Below are positions 47,246 to 57,615 of a stretch of DNA of 64,000 bases, piece by piece (the first letter of the stretch is position 1; each line of letters starts with the position of its first letter). The stretch lies in the NCBI GenBank assembly GCA_029882215.1, contig JAOULC010000002.1, positions 17,681-81,680 of the forward strand, in the 5' to 3' direction. Source of the DNA: Gammaproteobacteria bacterium. GTDB lineage: Bacteria > Pseudomonadota > Gammaproteobacteria > SZUA-229. Made by a program: the position numbers and the translations under genes. The notes under the pieces were generated by a model. It was not told the origin of the DNA and did no database searches. It saw only the letters and a list, made by a program, of their open reading frames with translations.

Positions 47246-48760
47246 TTATACAAGGCGTTTGCGCTCATTAGATGGCGGAATGGCCAGGGCTTCACGATAT
47301 TTAGCCACGGTTCTTCGCGCCACATTAATACCCTTTTCAACCAGAATCGTGGCAATTTTATTGTCACTCAGTGGTTTAGTTGGGCTTTCTTCGTTGATCA
47401 GTTTCTTTATCATGGCCCGGATGGCAGTGGCTGAACATTCACCGCCGTCAGCTGTGCCGACATGACTGGAAAAGAAATACTTAAATTCAAAAATACCATT
47501 AGGTGTGTGCATGAACTTTTGCGTGGTGACACGGGAAATTGTCGACTCATGTAACTCGAGCTGTTCTGCAATTTCTCTTAAAACCAGTGGTTTCATACCT
47601 TCTTCACCATAGTCTAAAAAAGCCCGCTGCTTTTCGACAATGGCGGTGGCCACTCGCATCAGTGTTTCATTACGACTTAATAAACTTTTTAAAAACCAGC
47701 GTGCTTCTTGCAAATTATTTTTCAGGTAAGTGTTGTCATCGCTGCTGTCACGGTTTTTTACAAAGCTGGCATAGAGCGGATTAATACGTAGCTTAGGCGC
47801 GGTTTCGTTGTTCAGTTGAACTGTCCATTGGTTGTTTATCTTCTTGACGAAAACATCAGGCACAATGTATTCGGCTTTGTTGGATGATAAGTAAGCACCC
47901 GGCTTGGGGTTTAAAGACTGAATTAGCATGATAACGGCATGCAGTTCTTCTTCACTCAGGCGAGTCTGGCGTTTTAGTTTTGCGTAGTCATGTAAACCCA
48001 GCAGGTCCAGGTGATTTTTAATCAGGTTGCGGGTTGATTTAATCAGTTGGGAGCCATCGTCAATGAGGTCGAGTTGCAGGCTCAGACATTCCTGTAAATT
48101 GTGTGCTGCAACACCCGGCGGATCGAAGTGCTGGATCAGATGCAATACGGCTTCAATTTCTTCTATATCAATGGCATCAGGGTCGATTAAGTCGTGCTGT
48201 TCGGGTTCCTGCCTTAAGCCAGCTAACAGTTCTTCGCTGCTTTCGGTGAGGTAACCGTCTTCATTGATGGCATCGATAATCATTAAGCCAATGGCATTGT
48301 CGGTCTCTGACATCGGCGTGCATTGTAGCTGCCAGAGTAAGTGGCTGATTAAGCCATCATCTTCGATGCTTTGGTTTTCAAAAAAATCGCGATGATCAAC
48401 AGATGATGCTGTACTGCTGCTGACCGTGCTTGGAATATCGTAGATGTCTTCCCAGGCCGTATCAACCGGTAGGTCATCGGGAATACTGTCGGTGTGATCA
48501 TTGAGTTCGATACTTTCAGATGCTTTGCTGTCAGCCTGTGTTTCCGCGTTAGCTGTCTCAGCTTCATGCCCGTTGGGTGTAGATTCGCCTGTTTCGTCAT
48601 GACCCTGCTCGTCAATCTCAAGCATGGGGTTAGATTCAAGTGCTTCCTGAATTTCCGTCTGTAGCTCAAGCGTTGAAAGTTGCAGTAGCTTAATTGCCTG
48701 TTGCAACTGAGGCGTCATGGTAAGGGACTGACCGATACGTAATTGTAAAGACTGCTTCAT
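47246..48760 (-). CDS. rpoN: RNA polymerase sigma-54 factor
   Basis: It has the Gln/Leu-rich region I, an acidic region, a C-terminal HTH and the RpoN box (ARRTVAKYRE). Confidence 0.95.
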   Translation of the reverse strand: MKQSLQLRIGQSLTMTPQLQQAIKLLQLSTLELQTEIQEALESNPMLEIDEQGHDETGESTPNGHEAETANAETQADSKASESIELNDHTDSIPDDLPVDTAWEDIYDIPSTVSSSTASSVDHRDFFENQSIEDDGLISHLLWQLQCTPMSETDNAIGLMIIDAINEDGYLTESSEELLAGLRQEPEQHDLIDPDAIDIEEIEAVLHLIQHFDPPGVAAHNLQECLSLQLDLIDDGSQLIKSTRNLIKNHLDLLGLHDYAKLKRQTRLSEEELHAVIMLIQSLNPKPGAYLSSNKAEYIVPDVFVKKINNQWTVQLNNETAPKLRINPLYASFVKNRDSSDDNTYLKNNLQEARWFLKSLLSRNETLMRVATAIVEKQRAFLDYGEEGMKPLVLREIAEQLELHESTISRVTTQKFMHTPNGIFEFKYFFSSHVGTADGGECSATAIRAMIKKLINEESPTKPLSDNKIATILVEKGINVARRTVAKYREALAIPPSNERKRLV

Positions 48761-48824
48761 TTAATGATTGGCTTTAGTTTAGCGTTGACTGATATCTTAT
48801 CATTTATAAGGAACATAATATGGT

Positions 48825-49547
48825 TTATAGCCTAAAATTTTGACCTAGATAAACATCTTTGACTTGTTTGTCGTTTAATACTTGATCAGGGGTTCCTTCG
48901 GCAATGACCTGGCCTGAACTCAGGATGTAGGCGCGATCACAAATTCCCAATGTTTCACGTACATTGTGGTCAGTAATCAATACTCCAATGCCTTTTTCGG
49001 TAAGCTGAGTAATGATCTTTTGAATATCCAGCACCGAAATGGGGTCAACGCCTGCAAAGGGTTCATCCAGCAATATAAAACCAGGCTCGGCAGCCAGTGC
49101 GCGTGCGATTTCAACCCGCCTGCGTTCACCGCCGGATAGACTGATACCCAGACCGTCCTGAATGTGTTCGATTTGCAGGTCGGATAATAATTCGGCAAGC
49201 CGGTCTTGGCGCTCGATTTTATTGAGCGGACGGGTTTCAAGAATGGCCATGATGTTTTCATTAACCGTGAGCTTACGAAAAATCGAGGCTTCTTGTGGCA
49301 AATAGCCAATGCCTAGTTGCGCCCGTTTATGCATAGGGTGGTGGGTAATGTCGTGATCATCCAACAGGATTTTTCCCTGATCGGGATTAACCAGACCGAC
49401 AACCATATAAAAGCTGGTGGTTTTACCGGCACCATTGGGGCCTAATAAACCGACCACTTCACCACTATTGATGTGAATACTCACGTCATTGACAATTTTT
49501 CGCCGGCTATAGCTCTTGAACAGGTTTCTGGTAGTTAATACGCTCAT
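48825..49547 (-). CDS. lptB: LPS export ABC transporter ATP-binding protein
   Basis: Walker A (GPNGAGKTT), the ABC signature (LSGGERRR) and 240 aa length identify it, upstream of rpoN. Confidence 0.95.
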   Translation of the reverse strand: MSVLTTRNLFKSYSRRKIVNDVSIHINSGEVVGLLGPNGAGKTTSFYMVVGLVNPDQGKILLDDHDITHHPMHKRAQLGIGYLPQEASIFRKLTVNENIMAILETRPLNKIERQDRLAELLSDLQIEHIQDGLGISLSGGERRRVEIARALAAEPGFILLDEPFAGVDPISVLDIQKIITQLTEKGIGVLITDHNVRETLGICDRAYILSSGQVIAEGTPDQVLNDKQVKDVYLGQNFRL

Positions 49548-50134
49548 TGATTTGTATGGCTATCTTTTTTAGGGTGTATGGTGATTTTGACACGTTCATT
49601 ATCAGGTGTATTGCTATCACCGGCTATCATGATGTCATCTGCTGTGTTGTATGAGATTTTCTCGCTGCTAAAAACATTGCCTTTTTGCTGCAAGATAGCA
49701 TTTTTTGTCATCACCAGAATTTCATTGTCGACATAAAATACCATTTCTTCAGCGCTGGCCTGTGTTTTTTCATTGAGCTCGTTGAGCTGACTGAATGAAG
49801 CCGGTGTTCCCTTGATGATGATTTTTGAAATTTTACTATTTTCAGAATGAATGCTAACGCTGTCGCCGGAAATAATCCGGCTTCCCTGGCTGATTTTGAC
49901 GTGCCCGGAGTAATGGCTAATACCTTGTTTTTCTTTTATGACCAGCTTGCCGGCTTCAATATGAATGGGCTTTTCATGGTCGTTGTTAGTGGCAATGGCG
50001 GGCGCAGAAAATACCAAAGCGAGCAAAAAAGTAGCGGCGGATGCGGTTACAAAATCGAGCAGCCTGCAAAAGCCTGAGCGGCTTTTACTGCTGGGTTTGC
50101 AATATGAGTTATTTAACATAAGTAACCTTAACAT
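49544..50134 (-). CDS. lptA: LPS transport periplasmic protein LptA
   Basis: OstA-like beta-jellyroll repeats are present in the conserved lptC-lptA-lptB order. The exact start is uncertain. Confidence 0.8.
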   Translation of the reverse strand: MLRLLMLNNSYCKPSSKSRSGFCRLLDFVTASAATFLLALVFSAPAIATNNDHEKPIHIEAGKLVIKEKQGISHYSGHVKISQGSRIISGDSVSIHSENSKISKIIIKGTPASFSQLNELNEKTQASAEEMVFYVDNEILVMTKNAILQQKGNVFSSEKISYNTADDIMIAGDSNTPDNERVKITIHPKKDSHTNQ

Positions 50135-50660
50135 TTGCTGTCAGCTCCAGTATACCCTGCAGGCTATCATAACTGAGTCCGTCGCTTTCAATGCTATTGC
50201 CGTTGCTATTGATGATGACATGGCTGTCTGTTTTTAAAGTTTCTGTGTCGGTAAAAAGAATCATTTTTTCGGCCTGAAAGCTAAGTTCAGGCAGCTTATC
50301 CTGTGCCGGTCTGAATATTTTAACATCATCATAAAACTCGATTCTTTCATTGTCTTTATAAAGGTTAGCTCTCCTGGCTGATATCGTCCAGTTGGCATCT
50401 TCATTAAATATTTCAGCGCGGATGGTCTGGATTTCAGCCACAGACTCCTGCTCAAAATGATCCAGACGCTTAGCTTGCAGGCTGTATCTGGGCAGGCCCT
50501 CCTTATTATGCGCGGTGAGTGTAAAATCCTCGAGAAAATAGTTAGCAAAGCGAACCTTTTCTCTGCTGATAAGTTCAGGTTTGCTGCTCAGCAGATCCTG
50601 CAGCCACCAGCCAAACAGCAGCAACAGAATGATCAGTATATAGCGGGTTGAGTTTTTCAC
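50109..50660 (-). CDS. lptC: LPS export system protein LptC
   Basis: It has an N-terminal TM anchor and an LptC fold, and overlaps the lptA start. Confidence 0.8.
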   Translation of the reverse strand: MKNSTRYILIILLLLFGWWLQDLLSSKPELISREKVRFANYFLEDFTLTAHNKEGLPRYSLQAKRLDHFEQESVAEIQTIRAEIFNEDANWTISARRANLYKDNERIEFYDDVKIFRPAQDKLPELSFQAEKMILFTDTETLKTDSHVIINSNGNSIESDGLSYDSLQGILELTANVKVTYVK

Positions 50661-50703
50661 GGCTGAATTATCTTAATCGCTTTGATGAGTGTCAGAAAGC
50701 AAT

Positions 50704-51228
50704 CTAAGCCAGATAGCGCTTGATAATGTCATCCCATTTATCATGGGCTTCCAGAATCAGCTCACAGACATCACGACCGGCACCACGGCCACCCGGATTA
50801 TCGGTAATCCAGTGTGCATGCTTTTTGACTACCGGACGGGCATCCTGCACCGCGATAGAAAAACCAACACGGCTCATAATTGGTAAATCGACAACGTCAT
50901 CGCCGACATAAGCGATCTGATCCAGCGTCAGACCGGTTAACTGCATCATCTCGTCCAGCGCCGGTCCTTTTTCGCGCCGGCCTTGCATGACGTAGGAAAC
51001 ACCCAGTTCTTTCATTCGTAGTTTAACCAGAGTCGACTCACGACCGGTAATAATACCCACGTCGATACCCGCATCCTGTAATAAGCGCATACCAAAGCCG
51101 TCTTTAGAATTAAATGCTTTATATTCCTGGCCGTCGTCGCTGAGAAACAAACTACCGTCGGTAAGTACGCCATCCACATCAAAGATGACGAGTTTAATGC
51201 GTGAGGCTCTTTGCAGAATGTCTTGCAT
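50704..51228 (-). CDS. kdsC: 3-deoxy-D-manno-octulosonate 8-phosphate phosphatase
   Basis: The HAD motif I (VIFDVDGVLTDG) and 174 aa length are consistent. Confidence 0.9.
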   Translation of the reverse strand: MQDILQRASRIKLVIFDVDGVLTDGSLFLSDDGQEYKAFNSKDGFGMRLLQDAGIDVGIITGRESTLVKLRMKELGVSYVMQGRREKGPALDEMMQLTGLTLDQIAYVGDDVVDLPIMSRVGFSIAVQDARPVVKKHAHWITDNPGGRGAGRDVCELILEAHDKWDDIIKRYLA

Positions 51229-51251
51229 AATTTCTCCGTTGTGATGTGCGG

Positions 51252-52223
51252 CTAGATGACGCCGGCTTTTAGCATGTCCTGCATGTTAAGCGCGCCAATC
51301 AGTTTGTTATTGTTATCAACGATCAGCAGGTCATTAATAATATGGTGCTGCATAAAGTTCAGGGCTTCAGCGGCTAAGATATTAGCGTGCAAGGTTTTGC
51401 AGTTTGCCGTCATAACATCGCTAATTTTAGCCGTGTGAATATCGATATTTTTGTCCAGTGTGCGACGCAGGTCACCGTCGGTGTATACGCCCAGGACGGT
51501 TAGATCTGCAGAAACAATGGCCGTCATGCCCAGGCCTTTTTTCGACATTTCCAGTAATGCATCTTTTAGGCTGGCAGTGTTGCTGACGGCCGGAATGGCC
51601 TCATCTTTATGCATGATATCGCTGACGTGCAATAGCAGGCGACGACCCAAGCTGCCACCCGGATGTGAGAGGGCAAAGTCTTCGGCGGTAAAGCCTTTGG
51701 CATCGAGTAATGCGACTGCCAGAGCGTCGCCTAAAACCAGTGCCACTGTGGTGCTGGTAGTGGGTGCTAAACCTAACGGGCAGGCTTCTTTTGCAACCGT
51801 GGCATCAAGGTTGATATTGGCTGTACTCGACAGCGTTGATTGCGGATTGCCAGTGATGCTGATTAAAGGCACGCCCAGGCGTTTAATGATGGGCAAGATG
51901 GTAAGGATTTCAGCGGTTTCACCGGAGTTGGATAAGGCGAGCACCACGTCTTTGCTGGTAATCATACCGAGGTCGCCGTGGCTGGCTTCACCGGGGTGAA
52001 CAAAAAAAGCCGGGCTGCCGGTACTGGCTAAAGTGGCGGCAATTTTGCTGCCTATATGCCCCGATTTACCCATGCCAGTGACAACGATGCGGCCTTGGCA
52101 GGCCATCATGATTTCACAGGCCGCTGCAAAATTATCATTAATTTGTTTTTTTAAGGTTTCAATACCGGCTATTTCGGTTTCGATAACGGCAAGACCAAGG
52201 GCTTTTAGTTGTTCTTTATCCAT
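51252..52223 (-). CDS. kdsD: Arabinose-5-phosphate isomerase (SIS plus tandem CBS)
   Basis: SIS domain motifs (GMGKSGHIG) and a C-terminal CBS pair are present. Confidence 0.9.
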   Translation of the reverse strand: MDKEQLKALGLAVIETEIAGIETLKKQINDNFAAACEIMMACQGRIVVTGMGKSGHIGSKIAATLASTGSPAFFVHPGEASHGDLGMITSKDVVLALSNSGETAEILTILPIIKRLGVPLISITGNPQSTLSSTANINLDATVAKEACPLGLAPTTSTTVALVLGDALAVALLDAKGFTAEDFALSHPGGSLGRRLLLHVSDIMHKDEAIPAVSNTASLKDALLEMSKKGLGMTAIVSADLTVLGVYTDGDLRRTLDKNIDIHTAKISDVMTANCKTLHANILAAEALNFMQHHIINDLLIVDNNNKLIGALNMQDMLKAGVI

Positions 52224-52239
52224 TCTTTTAAATTCTTTT

Positions 52240-53211
52240 TTAGGCTGCAGTGGCGCTCAGGTATAACACGGTTTCATAGGCAATAAAGCAGATGAGGAAA
52301 ATGCCACCCTTAAAGCGGGATAAATAACCGGCTGATTTAAAGCCATAAGCAAAAATAAACAGTAACAGCGTCAGGCCGATAGTCCATGGCAAGTCACGTT
52401 CTAATACGCCCTGCGGTAATGCGCCGGGGGCAATCAGCGCCGGGAATGCCATCACGCCCAGCATATTAAAGATGTTTGAGCCTATGATGTTACCTAATGC
52501 AATGTCATGTTCTTTTTTATAAGCACTCATTATAGTAGCAGCCAGTTCTGGCAGGCTAGTACCGATCGCAACAATCGTTAAGCCAATGATCAAGTCACTG
52601 ACGCCTAACTCAATCGCGATATTGCTGGCTCCCCAAACCAGTAACTTTGAACTGCCCAGTAAAACCAGTAAACCGCTGGTTAACAGCAGGCTGGCTTTGG
52701 CGGTGCTCATGGCTGCCGGCAATTCGTCTGCAAACTCCTGACTCATGGGGTCGGCGGTTTCTTTCATCGCCTGTTTGCTTAACCAGCCCATGACAACAAA
52801 GAGCCCAAGCAGCAAAATAATGCCATCAATCCTGCTCAGAGACTGGTCTAAAAACATGAGCAGAACGATAAGCATAATACCAGTTAAAATCGGCATTTCT
52901 CTTTTGATAATACCGGAGTGTACATGTAAAGGCACAATCAGGGCTGTGACACCTAAAACCAGCGCAATATTAGTGATATTCGAGCCCAGTGCGTTACCAA
53001 TTGCCAGTCCGGGGGAGCCATCAACAGAGGCAAAGACAGCCACCAGCATTTCGGGTGCCGAGGTACCAAAACCAACAATAACCAGTCCAATGAGTAACGG
53101 CGAAATACCCAGATTACGGGCAACGGCTGAGGCGCCGTTAACAAACAGGTCTGCGCTCCAGATTAGCAGGGAAAAACCAACGAGAATGGCCAGGATATCG
53201 TATAACATCAA
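52240..53211 (-). CDS. yrbG: Ca2+/Na+ antiporter (CaCA family, YrbG-like)
   Basis: Two alpha-repeat regions are present (GTSAPE / GTSLPE) in a roughly 10-TM protein located upstream of kdsD. Confidence 0.85.
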   Translation of the reverse strand: MMLYDILAILVGFSLLIWSADLFVNGASAVARNLGISPLLIGLVIVGFGTSAPEMLVAVFASVDGSPGLAIGNALGSNITNIALVLGVTALIVPLHVHSGIIKREMPILTGIMLIVLLMFLDQSLSRIDGIILLLGLFVVMGWLSKQAMKETADPMSQEFADELPAAMSTAKASLLLTSGLLVLLGSSKLLVWGASNIAIELGVSDLIIGLTIVAIGTSLPELAATIMSAYKKEHDIALGNIIGSNIFNMLGVMAFPALIAPGALPQGVLERDLPWTIGLTLLLFIFAYGFKSAGYLSRFKGGIFLICFIAYETVLYLSATAA

Positions 53212-53355
53212 ATTAAATCGCCTAACAGGAATAAGGCGCCATCATACACAAATTCAGGCGGTATCCAAGTCGCAACAATTAAAACAGGGCTATTTATTTA
53301 TAAAGCCTGTCGATCAACGTATGATTGGTTTAATTTTTCTAATGAGTAGATAGTT

Positions 53356-54003
53356 TTGAGTTGTGTTATTGGAAGCTGGGGCTGGCGTCACCCTGAGTGG
53401 GATGATGATGTCTTTTATCCGCATGATTTGCCGCGGGAATGGCGCTTGTCTTATTATGCGAATGAATTCCATCTGGTGATGGTGCCGGCCGCATACTGGC
53501 TTGCTGATGGCAGCACTGAAGAAGACTGGCTGGACGATGTTAGCGGGGTTTTTACTTTTTATATCGACTGGCCATTTTTACAGCTGAGCGATCTGGCTGC
53601 CTATGAAAACTGTGCTCAGCAGTGTTTGTCGCTGGGGCAGCAACTGGCAGCGGTGTTAGTTGATGGCGATATCTGGCAAAAACTCAGCGCAGAGCAAAAA
53701 CAATGGTTTAAAGCGGTAACCGAGCCGTTCAGACGCCTGCAGTATAATGCGGTCACTGATGCGGAATTCGCAGCAGTTTATGATGACCAGTTAGCAGCGG
53801 CAGGGGAGCAACTGCTGTTATTGCATAGCGACTCGAATGAAAGTCTGCGAGAGCTGGGCGGGCGCTTGAACCAGTTGTTGCAGACGGCTGCTCAGAAGAC
53901 CGATGAAGCGGCTCATATTAAACACATAATATTATCTGGTCAGAGTGTGGATATTCAGCGACTGAAGGAGCTGGATACTCTGGTCACGTTACTTAATATA
54001 TAA
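53356..54003 (+). CDS. DUF72 (YecE-like) family protein, possibly truncated
   Basis: The N-terminus (IGSWGWRHPEW...FYP...LSYYANEFHLV) resembles the DUF72 consensus (G..W.HP.W...YYA..F). At 215 aa it is shorter than typical. Confidence 0.35.
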   Translation: MSCVIGSWGWRHPEWDDDVFYPHDLPREWRLSYYANEFHLVMVPAAYWLADGSTEEDWLDDVSGVFTFYIDWPFLQLSDLAAYENCAQQCLSLGQQLAAVLVDGDIWQKLSAEQKQWFKAVTEPFRRLQYNAVTDAEFAAVYDDQLAAAGEQLLLLHSDSNESLRELGGRLNQLLQTAAQKTDEAAHIKHIILSGQSVDIQRLKELDTLVTLLNI

Positions 54004-54174
54004 CAATGCCAAAATGAGAACTGGTTCCGCTTGCTGAGTGGCTAAATGATTGACACTGTCAGCATCAGGATAGATGATTCATCGCAATAACTGAGCAATA
54101 AAAATATAACGAAAAGGGATACTAAAATTTCTATTCAAACATCAAATGAAAGCAACCTGATTGAAATTCGTAAT

Positions 54175-54942
54175 ATGAGCTTCAGCCGGGGTTCGCGAGA
54201 AATATTTAAAAACATCAGTCTGGATATTCAGCGCGGTAAAGTCACAGCCATTATGGGACCGAGTGGTACCGGCAAAACGACGCTGCTAAAGCTGATCGGT
54301 GGCCAGTTAAAACCGTCGCAGGGTTCGATCCAGATAGATGGTAATAATGTCCACCAGCTGAGCCGCAAAGATTTATACCAGTTGCGCAAGCGCATGGGCA
54401 TGTTATTTCAGAGCGGGGCTTTGCTAACGGATATCAATGTTTTTGATAATATTGCATACCCGATACGCGAGCACACGGAACTGGATGAAAACTTAATCCG
54501 TTCGCTGGTACTGATGAAACTGAATGCGGTTGGCCTGCGCGGTGCGCGTGAACTGATGCCGTCAGAGTTATCCGGTGGTATGGCTAGACGAGTGGCCATG
54601 GCAAGGGCAATTGCGCTTGATCCGGTGATGGTGATGTACGATGAACCCTTTACCGGTCAGGACCCGATTTCAATGGGCGTACTGGTGAACCTGATTCGCA
54701 GCATGAACCAGAGTTTGCACTTATCCAGTGTTGTAGTGTCACATGATGTACCCGAAACCATGTCGATTTCAGATTACATTTACCTGATCTCAGGTGGCAG
54801 TATAGTAGCTCAGGGAACACCGGATGAATTGAAAAACAGCTCTGATCCATGGGTGCAGCAATTTATCGCTGGTCAGCCGGATGGACCGGTTCCTTTTCAC
54901 TATACGGCATCACCTTTGATGCAAGATTTGCTGGGGGAATAA
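54175..54942 (+). CDS. mlaF: Phospholipid ABC transporter ATP-binding protein MlaF
   Basis: Walker A (GPSGTGKTT), the signature (LSGGMARR) and an E. coli MlaF-like C-terminal extension are present. The conserved N-terminal segment (LIEIRN) lies upstream of the first ATG. Confidence 0.9.
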   Translation: MSFSRGSREIFKNISLDIQRGKVTAIMGPSGTGKTTLLKLIGGQLKPSQGSIQIDGNNVHQLSRKDLYQLRKRMGMLFQSGALLTDINVFDNIAYPIREHTELDENLIRSLVLMKLNAVGLRGARELMPSELSGGMARRVAMARAIALDPVMVMYDEPFTGQDPISMGVLVNLIRSMNQSLHLSSVVVSHDVPETMSISDYIYLISGGSIVAQGTPDELKNSSDPWVQQFIAGQPDGPVPFHYTASPLMQDLLGE

Positions 54943-54945
54943 TTC

Positions 54946-55728
54946 ATGCTCGATCGATTGCAAGTTTTAGGGCAGCGGGTTATTTCGGTTTTTTCCCGGT
55001 TGGGACAAGCGACGTTATTTTTATATCAAATCATTTTAACCATACCCGGTTTGTTGAGCCGACCATCGCTGATTATCAAACAACTCTATTCAACCGGTGT
55101 CCAAACCCTGTTAATTATTGTTGTTGCCGGTTGTTTTGTCGGCATGGTACTGGCATTGCAGGCTTATTATGTGCTGGTTGATTTCGGTGCGGAAGATTCA
55201 ATAAGCCAGATGGTCGTGCTGACCTTAATGCGTGAACTGGGGCCGGTGATGACGGGCCTGTTGTTTGCCGGACGTGCCGGATCAGCCTTAACGGCTGAGA
55301 TAGGTTTAATGAAAAGCACCGAGCAACTTTCCGGCATGGAGATGATGGCGGTCGATCCGATGCAGCGTGTGATGGCACCCAGAGTGCTGGCAGGTTTTCT
55401 GGCCATGCCAATGCTAACCGCTGTTTTTATGGCCGTTGGTGTGCTCGGCGGTTATCTGGTGGCGGTACATGGTGTGGGTATCTTCGAAGGAGTTTACTGG
55501 TCACTGGCGCAACTGAAGGTGGATTTTTACACAGACTTAATGAACGGCATGGTTAAAAGCCTGGTATTCGGCTTTGTAATTGTCTGGATCGCTGTGTTTG
55601 AAGGTTACGACAGTGTACCCACATCAGAAGGCCTCGGACAGGCGACGACCAGGACCGTGGTGCACGGCTCTTTAGCGGTATTAGGTTTAGACTTTTTGCT
55701 GACGGCAATAATGTTTGGAGATATTTAA
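54946..55728 (+). CDS. mlaE: Phospholipid ABC transporter permease MlaE
   Basis: A 260 aa polytopic permease of the MlaE/Ttg2B family, 4 nt after mlaF. Confidence 0.9.
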   Translation: MLDRLQVLGQRVISVFSRLGQATLFLYQIILTIPGLLSRPSLIIKQLYSTGVQTLLIIVVAGCFVGMVLALQAYYVLVDFGAEDSISQMVVLTLMRELGPVMTGLLFAGRAGSALTAEIGLMKSTEQLSGMEMMAVDPMQRVMAPRVLAGFLAMPMLTAVFMAVGVLGGYLVAVHGVGIFEGVYWSLAQLKVDFYTDLMNGMVKSLVFGFVIVWIAVFEGYDSVPTSEGLGQATTRTVVHGSLAVLGLDFLLTAIMFGDI

Positions 55729-56191
55729 AATGAATAGTAGAAAATTAGAAATCGCAGTCGGCATTTTTGTTGCGTTAAGTTTTGCCGCCTTTTTTATGCT
55801 GGCACTAAAGGTGAGCAATTTAATTACTTATGAGAGCAGCACCGGCTATAAAATCAGTGCGACATTCGATAATATTGGTGGCTTGAGAGTGCGCTCTCCG
55901 GTAGCTGTAGGTGGTGTCAGAATCGGTAAAGTAGCCAGTATTGAGTATGACAATGAAAACTATGAGGCGGTGGTAACAATGGAAATTGAACCAAAATACA
56001 ACCGTTTTCCAAGTGATACCTCTGCGGGTATTTTAACCGCCGGTTTGCTGGGAGAGCAGTATATTGGACTGACGCCCGGTGCAGAAGAAAAATACTTAAA
56101 AGATGGTGGCAAAATCACAGTTACTCAGTCAGCTCTCGTTTTGGAAGACATCATTGGTCAGTTTCTTTACAGCAAGGCAGATGAAAAATAA
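55715..56191 (+). CDS. mlaD: MCE-domain periplasmic protein MlaD
   Basis: It has an N-terminal TM anchor and a single MCE domain in about 155 aa, and overlaps mlaE. Confidence 0.85.
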   Translation: MEIFKMNSRKLEIAVGIFVALSFAAFFMLALKVSNLITYESSTGYKISATFDNIGGLRVRSPVAVGGVRIGKVASIEYDNENYEAVVTMEIEPKYNRFPSDTSAGILTAGLLGEQYIGLTPGAEEKYLKDGGKITVTQSALVLEDIIGQFLYSKADEK

Positions 56192-57615
56192 TGAACCGAG
56201 CGTTTTTTTATAATGCGTTAATTGGCATTTCGTGCTTGCTGTCAGCAGGCGTGCAGGCGGAACAACTGTCGTTAGAGCAGGCATTGCAGCGCGCTTATGA
56301 CGCGGATTTCAGGATCGGAGAAAAAGCCCATCTGGTGACTGCGGCTCGTGGTTTGCTGGATGAGGCTGAAGCCAATAATGGCTGGCGCACCGAGCTCAAC
56401 AGTTTCGTTGGACTGACCACGGCGGTTGATGGCGGCTTTTATGAAAATGCTACGAACACTTGTGATGGCAGCGACTGCGTGGTACGAAGTGATCTGTATG
56501 ACTTTGATAACTTGTCACTCTGGTTTAATGCGCAGTTTGCCATCATTAAACCCCTCTATACCTTTGGTAAAATAGAAAATTACACGAAGGCGGCAGAAAA
56601 CAATATCCTCATCAAACAAGCCGAGGTTGAGTTACAGCGCCAGAGCACACGTTATGATGTCAGCCGTGCTTATTATGGTTATTTAACAGCGCGGGATATT
56701 CGCTATCTGATGGAGGACTCAAACAAACGACTAAAAGGCGCGCTTGAGCTGGTGAGCGAATGGCTGGAAGAAGAAAACGGTCAGGCTAAAGAATCTGATA
56801 AATATGCCTTAACAGCCGGTGTGGCTTTGTTGTCACGTTATCAATCAGAAGCTGCTGCACTGGAGAAGGTCGCTTTAGGTGGCCTGAAGGTGTTAACCGG
56901 CGTGGCTCTGGAAAATGAACTGAGCGTGACCGATCGCCGTATCACTCCGGTAGAATTGCCTGCAATGGTGTTGCCGGATCTCAAACAACGGGCAATTGAA
57001 CAGCGGCCTGAAATGAAACAGGTAGAAGCCGGTCTGACAGCCCGCCGGGCGCTGCTTGCCGCCAGTCACTCGGATGCAAAACCAAATGTTTATGCCGGTG
57101 TGGGTGGTTCATTATCGTACTCACCGGGGCGTGAGACGGTTGAAAGTCCGCATTTGTATGACCCTTTCAACCATGTCGCAGCCACCCCGGTGATTGGTTT
57201 GCAGTGGTCGTTTTCTGGCGGGGTTCGCGATGCGAAAGTGAAGCAGGCACAGGCCGAGCTGGATGCGCTGATTTCAAAGGCCAGTTTTGCTCGCAGCGGC
57301 ATACCGTATCAGGTGGAAGAAATGTTTACCCAGGTGCATGCCACTTTTGAGCAGGTAGAGCATATGAAAAGTGCCAGTAAAAATGCCCGTCGCTGGATGA
57401 TCGCTGCCTATACTGATTTTGAAGCCGGGCTGATTGAAGCCGATAAAATCATTACCGCGTTCCAGGCCTACGTACTGGCGCATTCGGATTATTTACGACT
57501 GGTTAATGACTATAATATGAATACAGTAAAACTAAAGAACCTGATAGGTGAAGCAACTCTTGTCAGTAGTAAAGATTTAAGCGTTAATAAAAATTCAGCG
57601 GAGAGTATTAAATAA
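56191..57615 (+). CDS. TolC-like outer membrane efflux protein (OEP family), encoded inside the mla operon
   Basis: A signal peptide is followed by the OEP N-terminal signature (LSLEQALQRAYDADFRIGEKAHLVTAARGLLDEAEA). The two-repeat helical/beta organisation and 474 aa length fit. Its start overlaps the mlaD stop and its stop overlaps the mlaC start. Confidence 0.65.
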   Translation: MNRAFFYNALIGISCLLSAGVQAEQLSLEQALQRAYDADFRIGEKAHLVTAARGLLDEAEANNGWRTELNSFVGLTTAVDGGFYENATNTCDGSDCVVRSDLYDFDNLSLWFNAQFAIIKPLYTFGKIENYTKAAENNILIKQAEVELQRQSTRYDVSRAYYGYLTARDIRYLMEDSNKRLKGALELVSEWLEEENGQAKESDKYALTAGVALLSRYQSEAAALEKVALGGLKVLTGVALENELSVTDRRITPVELPAMVLPDLKQRAIEQRPEMKQVEAGLTARRALLAASHSDAKPNVYAGVGGSLSYSPGRETVESPHLYDPFNHVAATPVIGLQWSFSGGVRDAKVKQAQAELDALISKASFARSGIPYQVEEMFTQVHATFEQVEHMKSASKNARRWMIAAYTDFEAGLIEADKIITAFQAYVLAHSDYLRLVNDYNMNTVKLKNLIGEATLVSSKDLSVNKNSAESIK

